A DNA stretch of 64,000 nucleotides from an uncultured Gammaproteobacteria bacterium (GCA_963844825.1 CAWJPQ010000012.1:101955-165954); one strand, 5' to 3'. Positions 38,797 through 48,880 are shown, counted from the stretch's first letter. Program-made: numbers and translations. Notes: generated by a model not told the origin, from the sequence alone.

Positions 38797-39963
38797 ATGG
38801 CCATGAATCGCGAAATGCCGGCACGGTTGACGGCCGTGATGCTCACGGCGGGCTGCGTCGCCGCGCCCCCCGCTGAGGCCTCACTGGGGGGGCTGCCCCT
38901 GCGCCCGAACGGCATGATCCGGTACAACTACATTTACAAGGACTGGAGCAAGACCTTCCGGGGCAATGGCAAGCTCGACTTCGACACGGGCGCGGTGGGC
39001 GCGAGCCTCGCCGGCAAGCGATGGATCGGGTCGCTTCAGTACCGGTTCTATTTTTACGGGGGCGGGCAATCGACCCAGTTTCTAAAAGAGGCATGGGTCG
39101 GCTATCGCATCACGGGGAACCGCCAGGTGCAGGCGGGTCTGAACAAGGTGCCCTTCGGCATCCTGCCGTATGCGTCCAACAGCTGGTTTTTCTCCCTTCT
39201 GTATTATGTGGGGCTCGAAGACACCTACAGGCTGGGGGTGAAGTACATCTCGAACTCCGGGCCCTGGGATTTTCGTTTTGGTTTCTATCCGAGGGACGGC
39301 GGCAGCTATGTGGGCAACAGCGAGGACAGCGCCCGTTATTCCTACAATGTCGTGGAGGGCCTTGGGGTCCACAACAAGCAGCGCAATCAGATCAACGGCC
39401 GGGTCGCCTACACCTGGCGCCAGGGGCCGAGCATGAGCACAGAGCTCGGGGTATCCCTGCAGTGGGCGCAGGTGGCGAACTTCGATACGGACAAGAGCGG
39501 TGACCAATATGCGGCCGCGGTCCATCTCAAGGGAACCTATGGGCACTGGGGCATCAAGCTGGAGACCGCGCGCTATCGTTACCACCTCAAGAATCCACCG
39601 GGTCAGAGCGAGAACGTGGTCATACGCGGCGCCTACGACTATCCTTATCGCACGGCCGCCGCCGGCACCCTGTACGTCGCTTCACTGAGCTACAACCTGC
39701 CGGTGGGGCGGGCATATATCGACAACATTACCTTCTACAACGATTACAGCAGGTTGGAAAAGGGCCCGGCGGGCTTTGCCCCGAGCGAGGAAAACGTGGT
39801 GGGGGCCTCGATCAGCGCGGGTCATTTCCTGATCTACATGGACTTCGGGTACGGTCGCAATCAGCCCTTTCTCTCGCCCGCCTTTACCGACGGGCTGGCC
39901 GCCGGTGGGCCCGATAACAGTTGGCACCGGCGCTACAACATGAACATCGGTTACTACTTCTGA
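38797..39963 (+). CDS. Putative outer-membrane beta-barrel/porin-like protein
   Basis: Signal-peptide-like N-terminus (ARLTAVMLTAGCVAAPPAEA), alternating aromatic/polar strands and a C-terminal ...NIGYYF. The ATG immediately follows the upstream stop (TAGATG). Confidence 0.6.
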   Translation: MAMNREMPARLTAVMLTAGCVAAPPAEASLGGLPLRPNGMIRYNYIYKDWSKTFRGNGKLDFDTGAVGASLAGKRWIGSLQYRFYFYGGGQSTQFLKEAWVGYRITGNRQVQAGLNKVPFGILPYASNSWFFSLLYYVGLEDTYRLGVKYISNSGPWDFRFGFYPRDGGSYVGNSEDSARYSYNVVEGLGVHNKQRNQINGRVAYTWRQGPSMSTELGVSLQWAQVANFDTDKSGDQYAAAVHLKGTYGHWGIKLETARYRYHLKNPPGQSENVVIRGAYDYPYRTAAAGTLYVASLSYNLPVGRAYIDNITFYNDYSRLEKGPAGFAPSEENVVGASISAGHFLIYMDFGYGRNQPFLSPAFTDGLAAGGPDNSWHRRYNMNIGYYF

Positions 39964-39996
39964 CCTCATTGCCCGGGGCAGGGCCCGCCGGACGTA

Positions 39997-40599
39997 TCAA
40001 ATCTTTTGTAATGCCACGGCCAACGCCCTCACGACCTCCGGCGTGTTGCTGTTGAGTTGCTGGCTGACCTCCTTGTCCAGCTTGGCGCTCGTGGCCTCGA
40101 TCTCCCGGTCCAGTTTCTCGGTCGCGGCGTCGGTGTGCCCGTCGCGGTTTTCCCGCAGCAGCGCGGCGGCGACCGCCAGGCTCACGGGGCGCACATCCTC
40201 GCAGGTCAAGGCCGGTTTCCGGGTCAATCCGTCGAGGAGGTCGAAGCCGTCGCCGCCGGTTCGGTGAATCGCCAGGTGCATCTTCTGCTGGGGCGACAGG
40301 GACTGGCCTTCGGACCCTGGCGAGGCCTGGCCCGGTTTGTCCGCCTCCATTTGACCCATCATGCGATGGATGCGGGCCATCTCCGGTCCCGCCGTGGCGC
40401 GGCGCAACGAGACGACCGCGGCGCGGACCAGGTCCGAACGGGCGGGGGGGGCGGTGCAGGCGGCCTGCACCGCGATGGATATTGACTGCTTGACCATGAC
40501 GCGGATCTTGTCCATAGGGGCCTGCAGGGTATCCGGGCGGTGGCCGCAGCCGCTCAGCACAACAACCAGGGTCAGAGCGATCTTGGGTAGACGGGGCAT
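39997..40599 (-). CDS. Hypothetical lipoprotein
   Basis: MPRLPKIALTLVVVLSGC lipobox. GGAGGGA lies upstream of the chosen Met within ORF 39997..40632. Confidence 0.6.
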   Translation of the reverse strand: MPRLPKIALTLVVVLSGCGHRPDTLQAPMDKIRVMVKQSISIAVQAACTAPPARSDLVRAAVVSLRRATAGPEMARIHRMMGQMEADKPGQASPGSEGQSLSPQQKMHLAIHRTGGDGFDLLDGLTRKPALTCEDVRPVSLAVAAALLRENRDGHTDAATEKLDREIEATSAKLDKEVSQQLNSNTPEVVRALAVALQKI

Positions 40600-40708
40600 A
40601 ATGTAGGTTCCCTCCATTGGGCTTGGCTGCAAGGCACGAACTTTGCGTGGCTACAGGGCGTATTTTACACATGTGAATTCACTCAGACGTCTCTATGAGG
40701 AGGTTCTA

Positions 40709-41140
40709 ATGTCAATATCGAATGTGACGTCCGCCTTTCACGTTCCCCAGGGCCATGCCCAGTCCCCGCTGCAGGCGCGCCGGCAGGAGCTCCAGGCGCT
40801 TCAGCACAGCCTGAAAACCGACGACCTGGCCGGGGCCCGTCAGGCGTTCTCGGCGCTTCAGCAGAGCTTCGGCAGTGCGCTGCAGGCCCAGGGCGGCTCG
40901 GGCGCCGGCAATCAGGGCGGCAACGGTTCGCCGCTGCAGAACGATGTTGCCGCCCTCAGCCGCTCCCTTCAGGCGGGTGACCTGGCGGGGGCCAGGCATA
41001 ATCTGAGCGCCCTGGTTCAGGACCTGCAGGGTCAGGGTCAGGCCGGGCTTCAAAACCGGCCCAACATCGCCGCGGGGTCGGACCGGGACGGTGACCGCGA
41101 CGGCAGCGGTGCGGGCAGGGGCCTTAGTCTCAAGGCCTGA
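40709..41140 (+). CDS. Hypothetical Q/G-rich protein with two DLAGAR-containing repeats
   Basis: GAGGAGG RBS before MSISNV. Repeats are LKTDDLAGARQAFSALQQSF and LQAGDLAGARHNLSALVQDL. Confidence 0.55.
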   Translation: MSISNVTSAFHVPQGHAQSPLQARRQELQALQHSLKTDDLAGARQAFSALQQSFGSALQAQGGSGAGNQGGNGSPLQNDVAALSRSLQAGDLAGARHNLSALVQDLQGQGQAGLQNRPNIAAGSDRDGDRDGSGAGRGLSLKA

Positions 41141-41350
41141 GACGCAAATGCATCCGCCGGCCGCTACGGCCGGCGGGGGTCATAACACCTCCCTTTTCGC
41201 CTGCTCTCAGTGCGTTCGCTGGGCAATTCCCGCTGAGCCGCCGGGCGATATACGCTAAACTAGGGGCTTGTCCGAGCCGGGGTCCCGGCAGGATGCCGGT
41301 GCGTGCTCCCCGTAAAGGGATGGGGGGAACGAAACCGGTATAGTGCCGCC

Positions 41351-41432
41351 CGTGCTCACTCCCCTCGCCCCAGCCCTTTACCCTAAAGGGCATGAATCCC
41401 GGAGGGAGCGAGCACCGTTGCTCATCTGACCT
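41351..41432. repeat. Intergenic hairpin repeat (REP/MITE-like family), copy B
   Basis: GTGCTCACTCCCCTCGCCCCAGCCCTTTACCCTAAAGGGCATGAATCCCGGAGGGAGCGAGCACCGTTGC. Inner hairpin is CCCTTTA-CCC-TAAAGGG; outer arms are GTGCTCACTCCCCTC and GGAGGGAGCGAGCAC. Confidence 0.65.
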
Positions 41433-41446
41433 TGAGTTGAACCGTT

Positions 41447-43336
41447 ATGGCATTGGTTACCCTGCGCGACGTCTCGCTGGCATTCGGCGCCGTCCCTGTG
41501 TTGGATCATGTGCAGCTGAAGATCGAGCCCGGGGAGCGGGTGTGCCTGATCGGGCGCAACGGCATGGGCAAGTCCACCCTCATGAAGCTGATCTGCGGGG
41601 ACCTGACCCCCGACGCGGGCATCCTCGAGTACCAGCAGGACATTCGCCTGGCCTACCTGCCCCAGGAGGTCCCCCGCGGTCTGGCGGGGAGCGTCTTCGA
41701 CGTGGTGGCCGACGGCCTGGGCGAGCAGGGGCGGCTGATTGCCGAGTATCACCACATCAGCCACCGCCTGGCCGGCGGTCAAACCCAGGCGCTGCTCAAC
41801 GATCTGGCACGGGTGCAGCATGACCTGGAGGCCGCGGGGGGGTGGCAGGTCACTCAACAGGTGGAGGCGGTCCTGTCGCGCATGGCGCTGGACCCGGAGG
41901 CGGAGTTCAGCCGCCTGTCCGGCGGGCTCGCGCGCCGGGTGCTGCTCGCGAGGGCACTGGTCAACGACCCCCAGCTTCTGCTCCTCGACGAGCCCACCAA
42001 TCACCTGGATATCGAGGCGATTCAATGGCTGCAGGAGTTCCTGTCGCAGTTCAGCGGCGCATTGCTGTTCGTCACCCATGACCGGATGCTGCTCAGGGCG
42101 CTCGCCACGCGGATCATCGAGCTCGACCGGGGACACCTGGAGAGCTATCCGGGCAATTACGACGTGTACTTGAAACGCAAAGAGGAGGCCTTAAAGGCCG
42201 AGGCGAGCCAAAACGCCCTGTTCGACAAGCGCCTGGCGCAGGAAGAGGCCTGGATCCGCCAGGGGATCAAGGCGCGCCGCACCCGCAATGAAGGACGGGT
42301 CAGGGCCCTCGAGCAGATGCGCGAGGCCCGGCGGGCGCGCCGGGACATGATGGGCAGGGCACGGCTCAAGACCCAGGACCATGAGCTTTCCGGCCGGGTG
42401 GTGATCGAGGCCGAGGGGGTGAGCTATAGCTACGGGGACCAGCCCGTCATTGGTGATTTTTCCGCCACCATCCTGCGGGGGGACAAAGTCGGGATACTGG
42501 GGCCCAACGGGGCGGGCAAGAGTACGCTGCTGCTGCTGCTGCTCGGCCGGCTCAAACCGGACCAGGGGCGGGTGAAGCTCGGCACCCGCCTGGAGGTGGC
42601 CTATTACGATCAGCACCGCAGTCAACTCGAGGAGCAAAAGTCCGTCCGGGAGAACGTCAGTCAGGGCAGCGACAAGGTCACCGTCAACGGCAGGACCCGC
42701 CATGTGATCAGCTACCTGCAGGACTTCCTGTTCTCCCCCGCACGCGCCCGGGTAGCGGTGGAGAGCCTGTCCGGCGGCGAGCGCAATCGGCTGCTGCTGG
42801 CGAAGTTGTTCACCCGGCCGTCCAATCTGCTCGTCATGGACGAGCCCACCAACGACCTGGACGTGGAAACGCTGGAGTTGCTGGAGGAGCTGCTCGTGGA
42901 CTATCCCGGCACGCTGCTGCTTGTCAGCCATGACCGTTCCTTCATCAACAATATCGTCACCAGCACACTGGTCCTCGAGGGCGGGGGGCGGGTCAACGAA
43001 TACGTGGGCGGCTATGACGACTGGCTGCGCCAGCGCGCCGCCCGGACGCCGCCGGCCGTGCCCCGGCCCGCCAAGGCCAAGGACAGCCCCAAGAGGGAGC
43101 GGGCCCGGCCGGCGGGCCTGGGGTACAAGGAGCAGCGCGAGCTCGCCGGCTTGCCCGGGCGGATTGACGAAATCGAGGCGCACCGGCAGCAACTTTTCAG
43201 TATCATGTCCGATCCGCAGTTCTACAAGCGCGACGCCGAGCAGATTGCCGCGACGACGCTGGAGCTGCAAAGGCTTGAACAGGAACTGGAGGCGTGTTAC
43301 CGGCGGTGGGAGGAGCTCGAATCCCTGCCCAAGTAA
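41447..43336 (+). CDS. uup: ABC-F family ATPase Uup-like (two ABC domains plus C-terminal coiled coil)
   Basis: Two Walker A motifs (GRNGMGKST, GPNGAGKST), two LSGG signatures (LSGGLARRV, LSGGERNRL) and no TM domain. Confidence 0.9.
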   Translation: MALVTLRDVSLAFGAVPVLDHVQLKIEPGERVCLIGRNGMGKSTLMKLICGDLTPDAGILEYQQDIRLAYLPQEVPRGLAGSVFDVVADGLGEQGRLIAEYHHISHRLAGGQTQALLNDLARVQHDLEAAGGWQVTQQVEAVLSRMALDPEAEFSRLSGGLARRVLLARALVNDPQLLLLDEPTNHLDIEAIQWLQEFLSQFSGALLFVTHDRMLLRALATRIIELDRGHLESYPGNYDVYLKRKEEALKAEASQNALFDKRLAQEEAWIRQGIKARRTRNEGRVRALEQMREARRARRDMMGRARLKTQDHELSGRVVIEAEGVSYSYGDQPVIGDFSATILRGDKVGILGPNGAGKSTLLLLLLGRLKPDQGRVKLGTRLEVAYYDQHRSQLEEQKSVRENVSQGSDKVTVNGRTRHVISYLQDFLFSPARARVAVESLSGGERNRLLLAKLFTRPSNLLVMDEPTNDLDVETLELLEELLVDYPGTLLLVSHDRSFINNIVTSTLVLEGGGRVNEYVGGYDDWLRQRAARTPPAVPRPAKAKDSPKRERARPAGLGYKEQRELAGLPGRIDEIEAHRQQLFSIMSDPQFYKRDAEQIAATTLELQRLEQELEACYRRWEELESLPK

Positions 43337-43377
43337 CGCCGCACCGGTGGGTGGGCCCGATCCGCAGGGAATGGACC

Positions 43378-44373
43378 ATGGGATTTGAAGACGAGAATAA
43401 GGCGTTTGGCGATCTCGGGCCGGACAGCATACTGGATGCGGTGGAAAGTACCGGCCGGGTCTGCGACGGCCGTCTACTGGCCCTCAACAGCTATGAGAAC
43501 CGGGTGTATCAGGTGGGTATCGAGGACGGCACGCCGCTGGTGGCCAAGTTCTATCGCCCCGGGCGCTGGTCGGACGATGCCATCCTGGAAGAGCATGTCT
43601 TCACCCGTGAACTGAGTGAGCGCGAGATACCCGTGGTGGCGCCGCTTGTCGAGGAGGACGGCGCATCGCTTCATCACCACGGGCCCCACCGCTTCGCCCT
43701 GTATCCCCGGCACGGCGGACGTGCGCCTGAATTGGACAGCCCCGAACACCTGGAGATCCTGGGGCGCTTCATCGCCCGCATCCATGCCTTGGGCGAGGTC
43801 AAGGCCTTCGAGCACCGGCCCACCCTGGATATCGAGACGTTCGGGGTGGCCTCTTATCAGTTCCTCCTGGGACAGGGTTTCATTCCGTCGGAGCTGGAGA
43901 TCGCCTACCGTACCCTGGCGGAGGACCTGGTGACGCGCGTGCGCGAATGCTTCAGGCGTGCCGGTGCCGTGGCCTGCATCCGGCTGCACGGGGACTGCCA
44001 CCCGGGCAATATCCTATGGACCGACCGGGGACCGCATATCGTGGATTTCGACGATGCGCGCATGGGGCCGGCGGTGCAGGACTTGTGGATGTTCCTGTCC
44101 GGAGACCGGGATTACATGACCCGCCGCCTGGGAGACGTGTTGACCGGCTATACGGAGTTCAACGCCTTCGACGCCCGCGAACTGCACCTGATCGAAGGGC
44201 TCAGGACGCTGAGAATGATGCATTACGCCGCCTGGATCGCCCGTCGCTGGGACGACCCGGCCTTCCCCGCGGCGTTTCCCTGGTTCGGGGGCCCGCGCTT
44301 CTGGGAGGAACACATCCTGTCCCTGCGCGAGCAGGCGGCGATGATGGACGAGCCGGCCCTGGTATGGGACTGA
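43378..44373 (+). CDS. srkA: Stress response serine/threonine kinase SrkA (YihE)
   Basis: LNSYENRVYQVGIEDGTPLVAKFYRPGRWS and IRLHGDCHPGNILW...IVDFDDARMGPAVQDLWM match the YihE/SrkA pattern. Start set at MGFEDEN. Confidence 0.85.
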   Translation: MGFEDENKAFGDLGPDSILDAVESTGRVCDGRLLALNSYENRVYQVGIEDGTPLVAKFYRPGRWSDDAILEEHVFTRELSEREIPVVAPLVEEDGASLHHHGPHRFALYPRHGGRAPELDSPEHLEILGRFIARIHALGEVKAFEHRPTLDIETFGVASYQFLLGQGFIPSELEIAYRTLAEDLVTRVRECFRRAGAVACIRLHGDCHPGNILWTDRGPHIVDFDDARMGPAVQDLWMFLSGDRDYMTRRLGDVLTGYTEFNAFDARELHLIEGLRTLRMMHYAAWIARRWDDPAFPAAFPWFGGPRFWEEHILSLREQAAMMDEPALVWD

Positions 44374-44396
44374 CGGCCTCCCGGGCCTCGATCTGA

Positions 44397-45116
44397 TTAT
44401 TCAGCCTGTGCCGCGAAGTGTGCCTGCCTGGCATACTTTCGCTTCCATTCCTTGGCCATGCTCATGGCCCTCGCCATTTGCTCGGGTCTCATGCGGGCGG
44501 CGAGCCGGTCCCGCGCCGGCGCGGCCTTATCGTCCCCCGCGGTCTTGGCCAGATCGAACCACATATAGGCCTTGACCAAATCCCGGGCAGTGCCTTTGCC
44601 CTGCAGGTAGATGATGCCCAGGTTATGCAGCGCCCGGGGGTACCCGTAGCGGGCGGCCTTTCGGTACCACTCGATTGCTTGCGTATAGCTTTGTGCGGTG
44701 CCCTGGCCGTGTTCGTACATAAAGCCGAGGTTGAACTGGGCATCCGGGATTCCCTGGCGGGCGGCCTTTCGATACCACTCGATGGCCTTCTTGTGATTCT
44801 TGATCGTGCCCTTTCCATCGTAGTAGAGGCTGGCCAGGTTGTATTGAGCCCAGGGCAGACCCTGTCGTGCCGCCCGTTGATACCACTTGAGGGCGGTCTC
44901 GGGGTTGCGGGGGACGCTGTAGCCGAACAGGTACATGCCCCCCAGGTACATCTGAGCCCGGGGGTTGCCCTGCTCGGCCAGGGGCAGGAACTCACGCAGG
45001 GCCCGGGCGAAGTCCTTGTGGTTGAAGGCCGCGATGCCGTCCCGCAGCCCCGCCCGGGCGCCGCCCATGGGGACGAGCGCCAGGACAAGAGACACCAGGA
45101 GAATCGCCTTTTTCAT
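44397..45116 (-). CDS. Secreted Sel1-repeat (TPR-like) protein
   Basis: Signal peptide MKKAILLVSLVLALVPMGGARA, then six Sel1-type repeats (A..WY.KAA.QG...AQ..LG.MY..G.G). Confidence 0.85.
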   Translation of the reverse strand: MKKAILLVSLVLALVPMGGARAGLRDGIAAFNHKDFARALREFLPLAEQGNPRAQMYLGGMYLFGYSVPRNPETALKWYQRAARQGLPWAQYNLASLYYDGKGTIKNHKKAIEWYRKAARQGIPDAQFNLGFMYEHGQGTAQSYTQAIEWYRKAARYGYPRALHNLGIIYLQGKGTARDLVKAYMWFDLAKTAGDDKAAPARDRLAARMRPEQMARAMSMAKEWKRKYARQAHFAAQAE

Positions 45117-45253
45117 TGTTGCGCCTTTAATTGTGATCAATGGGGTAAGGGTCGGACGATGTCGCCATCATTGCGCCGATCCGGGGGGCGTCGACGCCGC
45201 CAACCTATTCGTCGCCACTAGCGGGATTCCCTGCCGTCGATGCCGTCAGGAAA

Positions 45254-47698
45254 TTAGAGCTTCGACGCGCAGGATGGTTCCTCCTTCGAAGGGCGGGGGC
45301 TTGGGCGGGTTGCCGGGGCGTGCGAGAAATCCTTGATGAGCAGCGGTTCGATTTGATCATGGGGCAGGGGGCGGCTGTAGTAAAAGCCCTGAACGTTTCG
45401 GCAGCCGAAACTGCGCAGGGCGGCCAATTGCTCGGCGGTTTCCACACCCTCGGCGATGACATCGAGTTTGAGATTGGCAGCCATGGCTAGAATCGTCCTG
45501 ACGATGGAGGCGTCATCCGGGTCGGTGATGAGCTCGCGAACGAAGGACTGGTCAACCTTGAGGATATGGAGGGGCAGACGCTTGAGAGAACTCAGAGAGG
45601 AGTAACCGATGCCGAAATCGTCGATGGCCAGTCCGATGCCCTGCTCCGCGAAGGAGTTCAGAATGTCCACGGCGGAGTCGATGTTGTGCATCAGAAAGCT
45701 TTCGGTGATTTCCAGGATCAGAAGTCGCGGCGACAGACCGGAATTGTGCAGGGCGTCCTGGACCATGGTCAGTACACTCTTCGAGGCCAGCTGGCGCCTG
45801 GACAGGTTGACGGAGATATGAAGGTCGGGACGGGCGTGGACCCATGCGGCGGCCTGGGCGCAGGCGGTGTTCATGACCCATTGGCTGACCGGGATGATCA
45901 GGCCCGTGTCCTCCAGCAGGTGGATGAATTCGCCGGTAGGCACCGGGCCGAATTCGGGGTTCTCCCAACGCAGCAGTGCCTCGGCGCCGATCATGCGGCC
46001 GGTCTCGATATCGATGACGGGCTGATAGTGGAGCGCGAACTCTTCACGCTCGAGGGCGTGGCGGAGCGCGTTTTCCAGGCTCAGGCGGTGAAACGCCTTA
46101 TCGCTCATTTCCCTGGAATAAAACTGAAAGTTGTTCTTGCCCGTTTCCTTGGCGCGGTACATGGCGGTGTCGGCGTTGCGCATGAGCATATCGGATTCCT
46201 CGCCGTCATAGGGGAACAGGCTGATACCGATACTGGCGCTGACCGACAGTTCATGGCCGTTGATATGGAATGCGTCGTTGGCGATGCCGAGGGTCTTTTC
46301 GGCGATATCTGCGATATCCTGCGGGTCCCGGATGTCATTGAGGAGGATGACGAATTCATCCCCGCCGAAGCGCGCCACCGTATCCCCGTCGCGCAGGTTG
46401 GATTCGATGCGCCGGGAAAATTCGCCGAGCAGGCGGTCACCCACTTCGTGCCCGAGGCTGTCGTTGATCTGCTTGAAGCGGTCCAGATCCAGGAACATGA
46501 CCGCGACGACGCGCTTGTGCCAGCGGGCCCGGGCCAGGGCCTGCTTCAGGCGGTCCATGAACAGCGTGCGATTGGGCAGTTCGGTCAGCACATCATGGTG
46601 CGCCATGTATTGCAGGCGCTCCTGTATGGCCATGCGCTCGGAGATGTCCCGGCCGGTGGAGACGAAATGGGTGATGTACCCCTCCTGGTCCCGGAGGGGG
46701 GTAATGGTCTGTTCCTCGTAATAGAGCGTCCCGTCACGGCGGCGGTTGATGAATACGTCGTTGAACACATCACCGGACAGGATCGTCTCCCAGAGCTTGC
46801 GGTAAAAGGCCTCGCTCTGCTTGCCGGATTTCTTCAAGCTGGGTTTGAAACCGACAGCCTCCTCACGGGCATAGCCGGTCATGGCCGTGAAGGCGGGATT
46901 GATGTACTCGATGACACCCTCACGGTCGGTGATCATTACCGCATCGGCAGCCTGCTCGACGGTGCTGGAGAGCTTGTGCATCTGGGCCTCGGCGCGCTTT
47001 GCAGCGGAAATGTCGCGGAAGAAGGCCATGCTGGCATCCCGTCCCATCCAGGTGGTCCGGCTTGCGTTCAATGCCACCGGCAGGGGCCTGCCGTCCTTGG
47101 TGATGAGTAATGTCTCATAGTGATTGGGGATGTCCTCTCCGGCTATTCGCCGGCGCTGGTGGTCGCTGACCTGCTCGAGGGCCTTGGGGTGTACGATATC
47201 CCTGATCTCCGTCCGGAGCAGCTCCTCGACGGTGTAGCCCAGCATCCTGGCGGCCATCCGGTTGGCGAAGACGTGGCGGGTATGGAAGGAGACCAGGATG
47301 CCGTTGCTCGCGTTATCCGCCAGGGCACGCAGATTCTGCTCGCTCTGGGCAAGGGAACGGCGGCGGCTGTGCTCCGTGCGATCGCGCCGGTGACTGACCG
47401 ACAGGATCAGCACGGCGAGCACGGACAGCTCGCCGACGGCCGCCATGCTGCCGGGAGGCGCAAGGCCGTGGTTGCGCAAAACCACCAGCAGCGCGGTGCC
47501 CGCGATGACCAGGGCGCTTACGGCCGAAGCGCTTCCGATCGGCAGCAGGAGACCGGCGAGTATGATCGGCAGGCTCAGGAAGTTGTACAGGAGTGGATTG
47601 TCCGGATAGAAAATGATGACTGCAAGACAGACCGCGGCGATAACCGCACCCGCGAGCATGGTGGCTGCTGAAGAATTGCCCCGCAATGACAGCATCAA
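45254..47698 (-). CDS. Membrane-anchored PAS-PAS-GGDEF-EAL c-di-GMP turnover protein
   Basis: N-terminal TM helices and two PAS blocks. RFGGDEFVILL with an RDGD I-site. EALLRW and DDFGIGYSSL EAL motifs. Confidence 0.9.
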   Translation of the reverse strand: MMLSLRGNSSAATMLAGAVIAAVCLAVIIFYPDNPLLYNFLSLPIILAGLLLPIGSASAVSALVIAGTALLVVLRNHGLAPPGSMAAVGELSVLAVLILSVSHRRDRTEHSRRRSLAQSEQNLRALADNASNGILVSFHTRHVFANRMAARMLGYTVEELLRTEIRDIVHPKALEQVSDHQRRRIAGEDIPNHYETLLITKDGRPLPVALNASRTTWMGRDASMAFFRDISAAKRAEAQMHKLSSTVEQAADAVMITDREGVIEYINPAFTAMTGYAREEAVGFKPSLKKSGKQSEAFYRKLWETILSGDVFNDVFINRRRDGTLYYEEQTITPLRDQEGYITHFVSTGRDISERMAIQERLQYMAHHDVLTELPNRTLFMDRLKQALARARWHKRVVAVMFLDLDRFKQINDSLGHEVGDRLLGEFSRRIESNLRDGDTVARFGGDEFVILLNDIRDPQDIADIAEKTLGIANDAFHINGHELSVSASIGISLFPYDGEESDMLMRNADTAMYRAKETGKNNFQFYSREMSDKAFHRLSLENALRHALEREEFALHYQPVIDIETGRMIGAEALLRWENPEFGPVPTGEFIHLLEDTGLIIPVSQWVMNTACAQAAAWVHARPDLHISVNLSRRQLASKSVLTMVQDALHNSGLSPRLLILEITESFLMHNIDSAVDILNSFAEQGIGLAIDDFGIGYSSLSSLKRLPLHILKVDQSFVRELITDPDDASIVRTILAMAANLKLDVIAEGVETAEQLAALRSFGCRNVQGFYYSRPLPHDQIEPLLIKDFSHAPATRPSPRPSKEEPSCASKL

Positions 47699-48105
47699 GA
47701 TTGTTCCTGTCCCGAATGTCGAGCCTGCAAATTGTTGGACAACAACGAGGGGCTGGAACCGTGGTGCACTTCTAACCAGTTATTCGCGGTGAGCCGACCC
47801 AACGGCTTCGACCTCTTGCCGTGCACGGCCCCCCCAAAAAAGCCGTTGTGCCGCCTTATGCCTAGTCTATCGGTATGCGGGTGTAAATCTTTGATAAATG
47901 CGGTTTGGTAGGGGGTCGCCGGCAGACCGCCGGGCCGGCGATCGGATCCGGCGGTCAGGCCCCTGGCCCGGAGGCGGGGGGCAGATAAATTTAACCTAAA
48001 ACAATGTGTTGACATGCCGCGCCAGGTCCCGGGAAGGCGCGGTAGTGGTACGGGAGCGGGCGGCGCGAAGCAATTCCCGGGCAACAGGGGGTGCGCTTCG
48101 GCCGT

Positions 48106-48618
48106 TCAGGTGGCGTGCTGCGGGTTCGCCTGCTTGTAGTCGGACGCAAAGTCGTCAATGAAATCCAGTATCAAGTCGTTCATGTCGTCCAGTTTGTCGT
48201 TGGTGACGATGCCCAGGGTGCCGGTCTTCCATGTCGTGGCATAGGCCTGGATCGAGGGCCGCTGCACCAGTTTGACTGTCTGCTGCAAATAGATATCGAT
48301 GGCATAGACGAACAGGTTATCCGCCGCTTTGTGGACATTGATCAGGACCTTGAGGATGGGCAGTCCGGGGGTCTGGCGCATCTGTTTGACGCTGAACACG
48401 TGAATGCCTTTCTGGCGTAATCTGAGCGCCACATCCCCGTGGACCTTTTTGCTTGAAAGCCCCATGGCCTCTGTCGCCGGATTGAGGTTGTCAATGGCCA
48501 CGAATACCCCCTGCAGCCCATGGAGCGTCTTGATCTGTTCCTGGTCGGCCGCCGAGGCGATGGTTGCGAAGGCAGCGAGGACTGCGAATAGGGCTGCTTT
48601 GAAAAGGTGCCTGGGCAT
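48106..48618 (-). CDS. Hypothetical secreted protein
   Basis: Start set at MPRHLFKAALFAVLAAFATIASA (signal peptide), preceded by AGGAG. No family recognised. Confidence 0.55.
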   Translation of the reverse strand: MPRHLFKAALFAVLAAFATIASAADQEQIKTLHGLQGVFVAIDNLNPATEAMGLSSKKVHGDVALRLRQKGIHVFSVKQMRQTPGLPILKVLINVHKAADNLFVYAIDIYLQQTVKLVQRPSIQAYATTWKTGTLGIVTNDKLDDMNDLILDFIDDFASDYKQANPQHAT

Positions 48619-48880
48619 TATTGACTCCTGAAAAATGGCTTGTCGTGGATTGTGCACCGTGTCCGGTGGCTGAAATTATCCTATATTTTGGCCTTGAGAT
48701 GGACGCAAAACGGGCAGATTAACCCGGCCCGCGGTGGGAGTAAATTCCGAAGGGCGGGGGATCGGCCCGCCCGTGCACCGGCCCCGGGGGTTGCGCGGAC
48801 CGGTCCGGATCGGGTAGTGGTGTTCGGTTCATGCTATAGTTGAAACGGCCGCTGCCCCCCGGGGCGGCCGTGATCGTTCA

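Noticed and set aside
45566-47110. 514-aa plus-strand ORF
   Set aside because: It is antisense to the PAS-GGDEF-EAL gene, which carries intact GGDEF and EAL motifs on the minus strand.
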